Origin: Pseudonocardiaceae bacterium
GTDB lineage: Bacteria; Actinomycetota; Actinomycetes; Mycobacteriales; Pseudonocardiaceae
DNA length: 38,964 bases
NCBI GenBank assembly: GCA_050699895.1
Contig: JBOHFY010000037.1
Span: 1 to 38,964 of the forward strand
Reading direction: 5' to 3'
Below are positions 24,011-31,721 of this stretch, one piece after another. The notes below the pieces were generated by a model that had not been told where the DNA came from, made no database searches, and worked only from the letters and a program-made list of their open reading frames with translations. Within the stretch, counting starts at the first letter, position 1; every line of letters starts with the position of its first letter. The position numbers were made by a program, and so were the translations under genes.

Positions 24011-24161
24011 ATACCCCAGGTCTATGCCGAGCTTACCGAGGGCGGTTATCTGGCACTATCTATTGGCAAGATCACCATTCGGGCAGGTGTCACTAAGACT
24101 ACCGTGTACCGCCGGTGGCGGCAGCGTGGAACGACTCGTCGCTGGTCTCTGCTATCGGTGA
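24011..24161 (+). pseudogene. TetR-family regulator fragment (HTH region only, 5'-truncated and frameshifted)
   Basis: The fragment reads ..AELTEGGYLALSIGKITIRAGVTKTTVYRRW, then shifts frame by 1 nt into GSVERLVAGLCYR*. A stop lies immediately upstream at 24008-24010. No ligand-binding domain follows. Confidence 0.7.
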
Positions 24162-24289
24162 TCGCGTCGCTGTCGCTGCACGGTGGCATGCATGCGCCGG
24201 GTAATGGTGGAACCGGCCGGCAGCCGAGAGCGGTGGGGGGATCGGCCGCCGGCCGGGGCTCGTAGGGTGTGCGTGGCAGGGCTGGTGGT

Positions 24290-24559
24290 TCATGGTTTTG
24301 GTTCCCAGGTCAGGACGTCGGTGAGCACCGTGAGTGCGCTGCCCTCCACTCGGCGGTCCACTAGCCCACTCCCGGGAATGATCAGTGGGGCGGTCCGCCG
24401 GAACGCGAAGCCACGCAGCTTGAGGTCGTCGAGGAGCCGCTTCGCGGTCACCAGATCCGGGCTTTCAGCGCCCACCGGGTGCCACCTCCATTCTTTCTGG
24501 GCTTGGGCGGCGCCGTGTGGTTCTTGGCGCGCCAGTTTGGGAATTGTGGCCGTCGCCAA
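24290..24559 (-). CDS. Small hypothetical ORF or gene fragment (89 aa)
   Basis: GC3 is moderately high in the central part (WHPVGAESPDLVTAKRLLDDLKLRGFAFRR). I recognise no family. It overlaps the 5' end of the XRE fragment and may itself be a relic. Confidence 0.25.
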   Translation of the reverse strand: MATATIPKLARQEPHGAAQAQKEWRWHPVGAESPDLVTAKRLLDDLKLRGFAFRRTAPLIIPGSGLVDRRVEGSALTVLTDVLTWEPKP

Positions 24560-25370
24560 CCGGGTACGCCCCCTCGCTTCACGTGCTTACCAAACTGGCC
24601 GAAATCTACGAATGCGGCGTCGCGGATCTGGTGAGTGATTGCGCCGACTTCGGCTCACGAGATTCGGCTAGTCGAGACGCAGAAATCATTTCGAGGATTC
24701 CCGGGTTGCTCTCAAGTGATGTGTCCGCACCGCTTCCTAGTGATACCGAGTCGGACTTGGCGGTTCTCGTGGAACGGCTTGACGAGATGGACGTGCACGA
24801 ATTCGGGCGATTGAGTGCCGCCTTGGCCCAGCACATCGACGCCAATATCGATGACGCGCACTCCTCCTCAAGCTCGCAGCCGGGCTGTCGTTGGCCGCAG
24901 TAGCACCTGCTATCTCGACCCTCGAAGCTGATGCGTCGGAAGCCGCTCCACCGTCTGAGGGAGGCCGTCGTCTCGCTGGCGTCTGGCGCAGTCGATACGT
25001 CTATTACAGCTCAGCACGTGAAAGTGAGTTCGTCGGTGAGCATTACGTCGTGCTCAACCAGCAGGAGAATCAGCTGTCGGGCCAGAGTCTGGTGAACACG
25101 TTAAACTCACTGCTGACCCTTGACCTCTCGGTCAGCGATTCAACAGTGACCGGCACGTGGATCGAGCGGACCTCGCCGACCGGATACTACAAGGGTGCGG
25201 TGTACCGTGGCGCCATCCAACTGTTGATCGATCCCACGGGAAGGAGAATGGCTGGGCGATGGTTGGGGTTCGACAAGGAATCTAATATTAACACCGGCGA
25301 CTGGGAGCTGACCCGGGTCGCGGCATCCACTTCGAAGAGCGTGCTACGCGAGTTCCACTTCAAGGTGTGA
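24517..25370 (+). pseudogene. XRE-type regulator remnant (5'-truncated HTH, frameshift near 24852-24903)
   Basis: Only the last HTH helix is present (PSLHVLTKLAEIYECGVADLV). The frame switches just before RRALLLKLAAGLSLAAVAPAIS, which is read in the frame of the 24891-25370 ORF (open from 24855). The two track ORFs 24517-24903 and 24891-25370 are therefore one disrupted gene. Confidence 0.6.
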
Positions 25371-25597
25371 CGCTACAGTAACACCGATAACACCGATCGC
25401 GTTAAAGAGATTTTGCACTTCAGCTTGCGTCACTTGTTACCCGGCAGCTCTGCATGAATCAGGTCTTCGCGCTTCAGGTAAAGGAGTACAACCCGATCAT
25501 CTTGTCGATTGATCAACGATCAGTCGCGAAGGCGAGGACTGTCCGCGCGCCCGCCGGGATTAGGTCAGGTCAGCGCGGCCCAAGACCGTATGCGTCT

Positions 25598-26488
25598 TCA
25601 TGCCGCGCCTGTGTTGCTGGTGTGCGGTTGGGGTGTGACGTCGGCGATAACGTACCGAACCGGCATCTCCATTGTGATGAGCCCGTTGGTAGATCGTCGC
25701 GAGTCGAGTTCGTCGATGATTGACTTCTCCAGTTCGCGGCGTGACTGCTCCGGCAGGTTGTTCCACAGCAGCCGCATGCCCTGCTTACGCGACCAGGCCA
25801 CCCAGTCACGGCCGGAACTGGTGACCATCCGCACAGGCTCGTCGCGGATGACGACATTGTCGAAACCGGCCGCGCCGAGTGCCGAGGCCAGCACGTCGCG
25901 CTCCACCAGTCATGAATACTGGAGCTCCATCAACCGGTGCGGTTGCCACTTCTCGGGAATATGGTAGAGGATCTCGTTAGTGATGATGTGGGTAAACAGT
26001 GGGGGAAGGAAATGAAACGTGCCGTGGGTGAACGCCGGGCTGGTGAAGGCAAGCTTTCCGCCGGGTGCCAGCAGCGTACCGAACCGCGTCAGCGCAGCGA
26101 ACGAGTCCGGCAGGAAGATGATGCTGAAACTGCCGATTATGTAGTCGAACGAACTCGGCGCGAACCGTGGGTCCTCGGCGTCCATCACGACCAGCTCGAC
26201 GCTGCCCAACTCGAGCAGGTCGGCTTCGCGCCTGGCCTCTTCGATCATCGCCGGCGCGATGTCGATGCCGACTAGATGCCCTGCCGCGCCTACTGCGGCT
26301 GCTGCGGGGAACAGGTAGGCGCCACGGCCACAGCCGACGTCGAGCACTCGGCCGCCGACCTGGGGCGTTATCAGCTCGACTAGGCGCCTGCCCATCGGGG
26401 TGAAGAACTCAACACCCAACCGGTCGTACGTCGCGGCCGCGTGGTTGAAGACGTCGGTGACCTCGGCCTTGTAACCTGCCGCGCCCAT
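25598..26488 (-). pseudogene. Class I SAM-dependent methyltransferase interrupted by an in-frame TGA
   Basis: The SAM motif is RVLDVGCGRGAY..LVGIDIAPAMI. Track ORFs 25910-26665 and 25598-25906 are in the same frame and are separated only by TGA (25910-12) and CTG, reading ..ELQYS*LVERDVL... ATG 26488 has a GGGGAGGGG SD. Confidence 0.7.
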
Positions 26489-26702
26489 TCGTTCCCCTCC
26501 CCAAGGATATATGATGGTGTCTGTCCTGCGCTCGCGGAGCCGAGACCAGGTTTGGGCGGAGGAAACCCTGCCGGTCGAACCAAAAAAGCAGCGCACGATG
26601 TCTGAGCAGAGCATCCCAGGAGCTGCTGGAGGGTAGATAGAAGACACCTGCAGAACTGGTCGCATCCCGGTGGGAGATCACTCGGTACGCTGAGATTTCT
26701 CT

Positions 26703-26712
26703 TGTCGCGACA
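26703..26712. promoter_or_regulatory. 10-bp perfect palindrome TGTCGCGACA in the divergent methyltransferase / SnoaL-like promoter region
   Basis: It is read directly from the sequence. A half-site-like TGTCGCACA recurs at about 26758, just before the SD of the SnoaL-like gene. Confidence 0.3.
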
Positions 26713-26775
26713 CAATCGTCGTGTTCCAATGGAGCTGCGAATGGAAGATCGCGTTTTCTGTCGCACAAGGAGTAT

Positions 26776-27147
26776 ATGATGAGCACCGGCATCACGGCTG
26801 TCCGTCGCATGTTCGACGCTTTCGCCTCCGGCGATGTCAGCAGTGTCGAGGAGTACATTCACGATGACTACCTCAATCCCGACTCCCTGGAGCGGTCCGA
26901 TGCCGGCGGCCCCGAGAGCTTCGCGGGGAACGCCGCATGGTTGAATAATGTCCTTTCGGGCATCAAGTTCTCCGGGCTGGAGATCTCTGAGGGCGAGGGC
27001 TTCGCCCTCGCCCGCGTGATCTTGGTCGGGGTGGTCTGGGCGTGCCGCGCCAGCGTGGTTTGCCGTAAATCGGTGGTTGGAGTCCCGGTTATGGCGGCAT
27101 CTGGTCCGAATGGTCTTCGTCGAGTAGAGAGGTCATGTCATGACTAG
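26776..27147 (+). CDS. NTF2-like (SnoaL-type polyketide cyclase/ester cyclase family) protein, 3' third doubtful
   Basis: The N-terminal two-thirds (AVRRMFDAFASGDVSSVEEYIHDDYLNPD..) look SnoaL-like with high GC3. GC3 collapses in the last ~40 codons, while the other frames show higher GC3, which suggests indels. The stop overlaps the O-MT start by 8 nt. Confidence 0.55.
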   Translation: MMSTGITAVRRMFDAFASGDVSSVEEYIHDDYLNPDSLERSDAGGPESFAGNAAWLNNVLSGIKFSGLEISEGEGFALARVILVGVVWACRASVVCRKSVVGVPVMAASGPNGLRRVERSCHD

Positions 27148-28168
27148 GACAGTTATGAGCGATACCGCGCCGGTGACGGTCGTGCGGGAACTCGCGCTCG
27201 CCGCTGGGTTCGCCGCCGTGTTGCGTGCGGCGGTGAAGCTCGGGCTGGCCGACGTGCTGGGTGGCGAGCCGGCGTCAGCCGAGCGGCTCGCCGCACTCGT
27301 GGGCGCCGAGCCCGGGGCGCTGCGCCGGTTGCTGCGCGCGCTGGCCTGTCATGGGTTCTTCGCTGAGGACGGCCAGGGCAGGTACGTGCACACCGACCCG
27401 TCCCGGCTGCTTCGCCGCGACGCGCCGCGCAGCATGCGCTACATGGTCATGTGGGTTACCGAGCCGTGGACCTGGCAGGCGTGGCCGAAGCTGGACGAGG
27501 CCGTGCGGACTGGCCGGGATGTCTTCCACGACCTGTACGGTGACGAGTTCTTCGCCTGGCTGCACGCGCACGCGCCGGAGTCGGCGGATGTCTTCGACCG
27601 GGCGATGACTCAATCCAGCAACCTGTCCTCTGAGGTCGTGGCCGACGCGCTTGACCTGAGCGAGGTACGGACAGTCGTCGACATCGCGGGCGGCCAGGGC
27701 CATCTGTTGAGCACGTTGCTGCAGCGAAACGTGCACCTCAACGGGGTACTGCTCGACCTGCCGGGCGTGGTGGCGAACGCGGACCCGCGACTGCGCGAGG
27801 GTGGCGCGCTCGCCTCGCGGGCCCGTCTGCTGCCCGGTGACTGCCGTGCCGCGGTGCCCGTGGAGGCGGACCTGTACGTGCTGAAGAACATCTTGGAGTG
27901 CGACGACGAGAGAACAGTGACGACGTTGCGCAACGTCGTCTCGGCCGCACGGCCCGGGGCCCGGGTCGCCGTCATCCAGAACCTGGTCGACGGCAACCCG
28001 GAAGTGAAGTTCAACACGGGGATGGACCTGCTCCTGCTACTCAACGTCGGTGGCAAGAGGCACACTGAGCGCGGACTGGTGGAGCTCATCGAGCAGGCCG
28101 GGCTGAAGGTCGAGGCGGTCCGGCCGGCCGGCCCCTACTTGCACCTTATCGAGAGCACTGTGCCCTAG
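27140..28168 (+). CDS. Family-2 O-methyltransferase (aromatic polyketide/small-molecule OMT, DnrK/TcmO-like architecture)
   Basis: An N-terminal dimerisation/winged-helix region is present. The SAM motif is VVDIAGGQGHLL..LLDLPGVV..LLPGD. The usual LHDW catalytic segment reads ILECDDE. Confidence 0.9.
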   Translation: MTRTVMSDTAPVTVVRELALAAGFAAVLRAAVKLGLADVLGGEPASAERLAALVGAEPGALRRLLRALACHGFFAEDGQGRYVHTDPSRLLRRDAPRSMRYMVMWVTEPWTWQAWPKLDEAVRTGRDVFHDLYGDEFFAWLHAHAPESADVFDRAMTQSSNLSSEVVADALDLSEVRTVVDIAGGQGHLLSTLLQRNVHLNGVLLDLPGVVANADPRLREGGALASRARLLPGDCRAAVPVEADLYVLKNILECDDERTVTTLRNVVSAARPGARVAVIQNLVDGNPEVKFNTGMDLLLLLNVGGKRHTERGLVELIEQAGLKVEAVRPAGPYLHLIESTVP

Positions 28169-28252
28169 CGGAGCTGAGCCCAGCACGTTTCGGGGTCAAC
28201 GCCGTCGTCGTACGCACCGTCGTGGTGCTCATCTTAGTCAAGGAGATTGGCT

Positions 28253-29896
28253 GTGCGTGAGCAGAGCAGCGTTGGCTCGGGCCGAGTGTCCACCGGGCCG
28301 TCGTCATCAGATGATCCGTTGGCCGCGCTCGATACTGGTGGTCCACGGGTCGACGACCTGCTGCGCCGGGCAGCGCGGCGCATACCGGACCGGGTGGCGC
28401 TCCGTACGCCTGAGGGTGCGGTCACGTATGCGCGGCTGGACGACCAGGTGTCCCGGTGCGCGGTCGCCATTCGGGGCGCGCTGGGCGAGACGGCAGCCGT
28501 CGTCGGGTTGGCGGCGGTGCTCGACACCGCGTTCGCCGTCGCGTACTACGGCATCGCTCGGAGCGGCAACATCATCGCGATCGTGAACCCGCTATTGCGT
28601 GAGGACGGCCTGGTGCACGTGCTGGGTATCTCCCGGGCTCGGGCCGTCGTCGTGCCACCCGAGGTCTACCGGCGGCTCAGCACCCTCCGAGACCGGCTTC
28701 CCGACCTGGAGCTGGTCGTCCTGACGCACCGGGATGCCGAGGGCACCCCGCGGGACGCGCCGACACTCGCTGAGCTGGTCGCGGCCACGTCCGGGCAGCC
28801 GCTGCCCGGGATGGATCGGGATCCCGAGGCCGTGATCTGCATCCAGTTCACCAGCGGCACGACAGGCGTTTCTCGGGCGGTCCAGTTGACGCATCGCAAC
28901 CTCGTGGTCAACGCGGCGCAGACCGCGCGGGCGCATCACCTCGACAGCAGCTCGGTGATTCTCAATTGCTTGCCGAATTTCCACCCGATATTCCTCAACA
29001 TCGCCGCCACTGTGACCGCGACCCAGGTGCTCAGCGCAGCCGAGGATGTCGTGGAAACGATCACGATCGCCAACCAGTGCCAGGCCACGCACTACTACAG
29101 CCTGCCCGTACAGATGGCGCGCCTGGCCGCCGATCCACGATTGGCCGGACTGCGGCTGCACAGCGTGCGAGTTTTCCTGTCCGGTGGCTCCGCGCTGGCC
29201 CCGGCGACCGCCACTACCCTGTCCGAGCACTTCGGGATCCCCGTCCTGCAGGGCTACGGGCTCGCGGAGACCTCGGCGTCGACCCACATTGACCGGTTCG
29301 ACCGTTCGAAGATCGGCTCGGTGGGGCCGCCGGTGGTCGGTACGGAGTGCCGCATCGTCGATGTCGACACACGCGAGCCCCTGCTGATCGAGGCGCGCGG
29401 CGAGGTCCAAATTCGTGGGCCCCAGCTCATGGTGGGCTACCTGGACTCTGGCGACAACGCGATCGACGCCGAGGGCTGGTTGTCCACCGGCGATGTCGGC
29501 TACCTTGACGACGAGGGCTACCTGTTCGTGGTCGACCGGCTCAAAGACGTCTTCAAGTGTGACAACGAGCTCGTCGCGCCGGCGGAGATCGAGCGGGTTC
29601 TGCACCGCCACCCCGCGGTAGCCGACTGCGCCGTCGTCGACTACCCCGACGAGTTCAGCGGCGCCGTCGCCTACGCGCTCATCGTGTCGCGCGACGGCGC
29701 GGCTGACCTGGCCGAGATCGCCGAGTTCGTCAACGGCCAGGTCCCGTACTACCAGCGCCTGCGGCACGTGGAGTTGCGAGAATACATTCCGCGCTCGCCC
29801 AACGGGAAGATCCTGCACCGTGAACTACGCGAGCAGGTGCGTGCCCGCCGGATGCCCAGCCAGGAGACACCGCCGCACAGCGGGTGTTCTCGATGA
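28253..29896 (+). CDS. AMP-dependent acyl-CoA/acyl-ACP ligase (ANL superfamily)
   Basis: Adenylation core motifs are FTSGTTGVSRAV, GYGLAETS, GWLSTGDVGYLDDEGYLFVVDRLKD and PRSPNGKILHREL. GTG 28253 lies 7 nt after a GGAG SD. The track start TTG 28247 is too close to the SD. Confidence 0.9.
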   Translation: MREQSSVGSGRVSTGPSSSDDPLAALDTGGPRVDDLLRRAARRIPDRVALRTPEGAVTYARLDDQVSRCAVAIRGALGETAAVVGLAAVLDTAFAVAYYGIARSGNIIAIVNPLLREDGLVHVLGISRARAVVVPPEVYRRLSTLRDRLPDLELVVLTHRDAEGTPRDAPTLAELVAATSGQPLPGMDRDPEAVICIQFTSGTTGVSRAVQLTHRNLVVNAAQTARAHHLDSSSVILNCLPNFHPIFLNIAATVTATQVLSAAEDVVETITIANQCQATHYYSLPVQMARLAADPRLAGLRLHSVRVFLSGGSALAPATATTLSEHFGIPVLQGYGLAETSASTHIDRFDRSKIGSVGPPVVGTECRIVDVDTREPLLIEARGEVQIRGPQLMVGYLDSGDNAIDAEGWLSTGDVGYLDDEGYLFVVDRLKDVFKCDNELVAPAEIERVLHRHPAVADCAVVDYPDEFSGAVAYALIVSRDGAADLAEIAEFVNGQVPYYQRLRHVELREYIPRSPNGKILHRELREQVRARRMPSQETPPHSGCSR

Positions 29897-29928
29897 CCAG
29901 CCTCAGCGTCATGACCAGCCTCAGCGCC
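29893..29928. repeat. 18-bp tandem duplication at the convergent ligase / aromatase stop codons
   Basis: ATGACCAGCCTCAGCGTC (29893-29910) is followed by ATGACCAGCCTCAGCGCC (29911-29928). Copy 1 carries the ligase TGA (29894-96). Copy 2 carries the aromatase stop (TCA on the + strand, 29921-23). Confidence 0.85.
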
Positions 29929-30871
29929 GGCGCTGCTCGGCGAACGACCGCGCATGACCGAGTGTGGCCAGGCTGTTCGTGCTCAACGCGGTGCGTACGA
30001 AGTTCCGCGCGTCTGTCACGGTCTTGCCGGCGCCGAGTACTGGTGTGATGGCTGAGGGTTTGATGACGACTGTGTGTCGCGAGGTCACCGCGACACCCCC
30101 GGCATTCTCCTCCAGCAGCCAGCGGCCGGTGTGCACGGTCATGAGCTCGGGCAGCCCGGTCTGCTTGTAAACGATTTTGTTGTGTGGGAAGCAGATCCGT
30201 ACTGATGTTGTGGTGTGCATGGATCCGTTGTTGGTCTGGGTGTCCATTTCTAGTAGTTGGATGTTCGGCACGTCTTCGGTCAGCGACACCCGGGTCACGT
30301 GCGGCAGGCGTTGCGCCCATTTTGTGGCGTCGTAGATGAATTCGTAGGCGTCCTGGGCTGAGCCGGTGATCTGCACGGTGTCGTCGAAGGTCATTGTCAG
30401 GTTGTTGTGGTTGTTGCCGAGTTCCGCGGTTGATTTCAGGGCGTTGAGCTCGGCGTTGCTGTTGCGGTCGACCGCGCGCTCGATCCACGCGAGATTCTCC
30501 GCGGCGTCGTCGACCGCCCGGTAGTGGTGCTGCAGCCGCACCACGCACTCGGTCGCCGCCAGCGGTTCCACGATCCACGTCCCGCCCATCGCGGCAACCG
30601 GCGGTTGGGAGATTTCTTGGCGGAATTCCACTCGGCGTGTCCCCGCGTCGAGCCGGCGCCGGGATGTCCAGGTTTTCACCGTGCCGTTGGCTGTTGCCCA
30701 GAGTTGGATCCGTTCCTCCGACTCACTGCGCTGCACGTGCTCGACGTGCATGGTTGGTGGGAATACCCGGGGCCATTGCGCCACGTTGGCGATCAGTTCG
30801 TATACGCTGTCCGCGGGCGCGAGCACGGTGATCTGGTGCTCGGCCTGGCGCGTGCCCGTTCGCTCTGCCAT
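29921..30871 (-). CDS. Didomain aromatase/cyclase (ARO/CYC, two SRPBCC/TcmN-like domains, ActVII type)
   Basis: There are two tandem halves of about 150 aa. The first contains HQITVLAPADSVYELIANVAQWPRVFP.. and the second contains TVQITGSAQDAYEFIYDATKWAQRLPHV... The protein is 316 aa and has an AAGGAGG SD. Confidence 0.9.
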   Translation of the reverse strand: MAERTGTRQAEHQITVLAPADSVYELIANVAQWPRVFPPTMHVEHVQRSESEERIQLWATANGTVKTWTSRRRLDAGTRRVEFRQEISQPPVAAMGGTWIVEPLAATECVVRLQHHYRAVDDAAENLAWIERAVDRNSNAELNALKSTAELGNNHNNLTMTFDDTVQITGSAQDAYEFIYDATKWAQRLPHVTRVSLTEDVPNIQLLEMDTQTNNGSMHTTTSVRICFPHNKIVYKQTGLPELMTVHTGRWLLEENAGGVAVTSRHTVVIKPSAITPVLGAGKTVTDARNFVRTALSTNSLATLGHARSFAEQRRR

Positions 30872-30902
30872 GTGTCCTGCCTCCTTGTTCAGCCCGCGGC
30901 GG

Positions 30903-30929
30903 CGGGGGATACGGGGGATGCGGGGGATG
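30903..30929. repeat. 9-nt x3 tandem repeat (CGGGGGATA CGGGGGATG CGGGGGATG) directly downstream of the KR stop
   Basis: It is read directly from the sequence. It lies in the 61-nt KR-ARO/CYC spacer. Confidence 0.8.
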
Positions 30930-30932
30930 CGG

Positions 30933-31721
30933 TTAGTAGTTGCCTAGTCCGCCGCACACGTTCAGCGCTTGCGCGGTGATCGGCGCGGCGGTGTCTGTGG
31001 TGAGGTAGCCGACCAGTCCGGCTACTTCCTCGGGTGTTGAGTAGCGACCGAGCGGGATCTTGGCTTGGAAGCGTTCCAGGATGATGTCTTCTGTGGTGTT
31101 GTATGCTTGTGCGTAACCCTGTCGAACTCGTTGTGCCATGGGTGTTTCCACATAGCCGGGGCATACGGCGTTGACTGTGATGCCGGTCTTCGCTAGTTCC
31201 AGGCCCAGGGCTTTGGTGAAACCGATCACGCCGTGTTTCGATGCTGAGTATGGGGCGCCGAGCACCACTCCTTGCTTACCCCCGGTGGAGGCGATGTTGA
31301 TGATCCGCCCGTGCTCGCGGGCGAGCATCCCGCCGGTGGTGAGCACTTCCCGGGTCATCAGGAAAACGCTGGTGAGGTTTGTGGTGATGACGTCGAGCCA
31401 CAGCTCGTCGGCGATCTGGGCGGTTACTCCGCCCCCGCTGCGGCCGGCGTTGTTGACTAGGACGTCCACTGGCCCGTATCGGTCGAGGGTTGCCTGGACG
31501 ATGGTGTGTATGTCCGTGCGTGAGCGGACGTCCCCGGGGCTGCCGTCCACGTCGAGGCCGTCCTCGCGGAGCTGCTTGGTGACTAGTGCGATGTTGCCGG
31601 CGTTGCGTGCGCAGATGAAGACCCGCAGGCCCGATGAAGCGAGGTGTTTCGTCACAGCGAGCCCGATCCCGCTGGTGGCCCCGGTGACGAGGGCGACCCG
31701 TTGCGTGCCCTGTTCTGGCAT
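30933..31721 (-). CDS. Type II PKS C-9 ketoreductase (ActIII-type SDR)
   Basis: VALVTGATSGIGLAV, VNNAGRSGGG, PYSASKHGVIGFTKALGLELAKTGITVNAVCPGYVETPM and the C-terminal AQALNVCGGLGNY* are near-identical to ActIII as I recall it. ATG 31721 has a GGAGGGG SD. The track extension to 32105 is an artefact. Confidence 0.95.
   Translation of the reverse strand: MPEQGTQRVALVTGATSGIGLAVTKHLASSGLRVFICARNAGNIALVTKQLREDGLDVDGSPGDVRSRTDIHTIVQATLDRYGPVDVLVNNAGRSGGGVTAQIADELWLDVITTNLTSVFLMTREVLTTGGMLAREHGRIINIASTGGKQGVVLGAPYSASKHGVIGFTKALGLELAKTGITVNAVCPGYVETPMAQRVRQGYAQAYNTTEDIILERFQAKIPLGRYSTPEEVAGLVGYLTTDTAAPITAQALNVCGGLGNY

Noticed and set aside
26511-26636. A 41-codon ORF (MMVSVLRSRSRDQVW..) preceded by AAGGATATATGATG. 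That sequence nearly copies the SD and start of the SnoaL-like gene (AAGGAGTATATGATG at 26766).
   Set aside because: Its third-position composition is non-coding-like, with many A/T-ending codons. It sits inside the divergent promoter region. The similarity between the two initiation regions may be coincidental.
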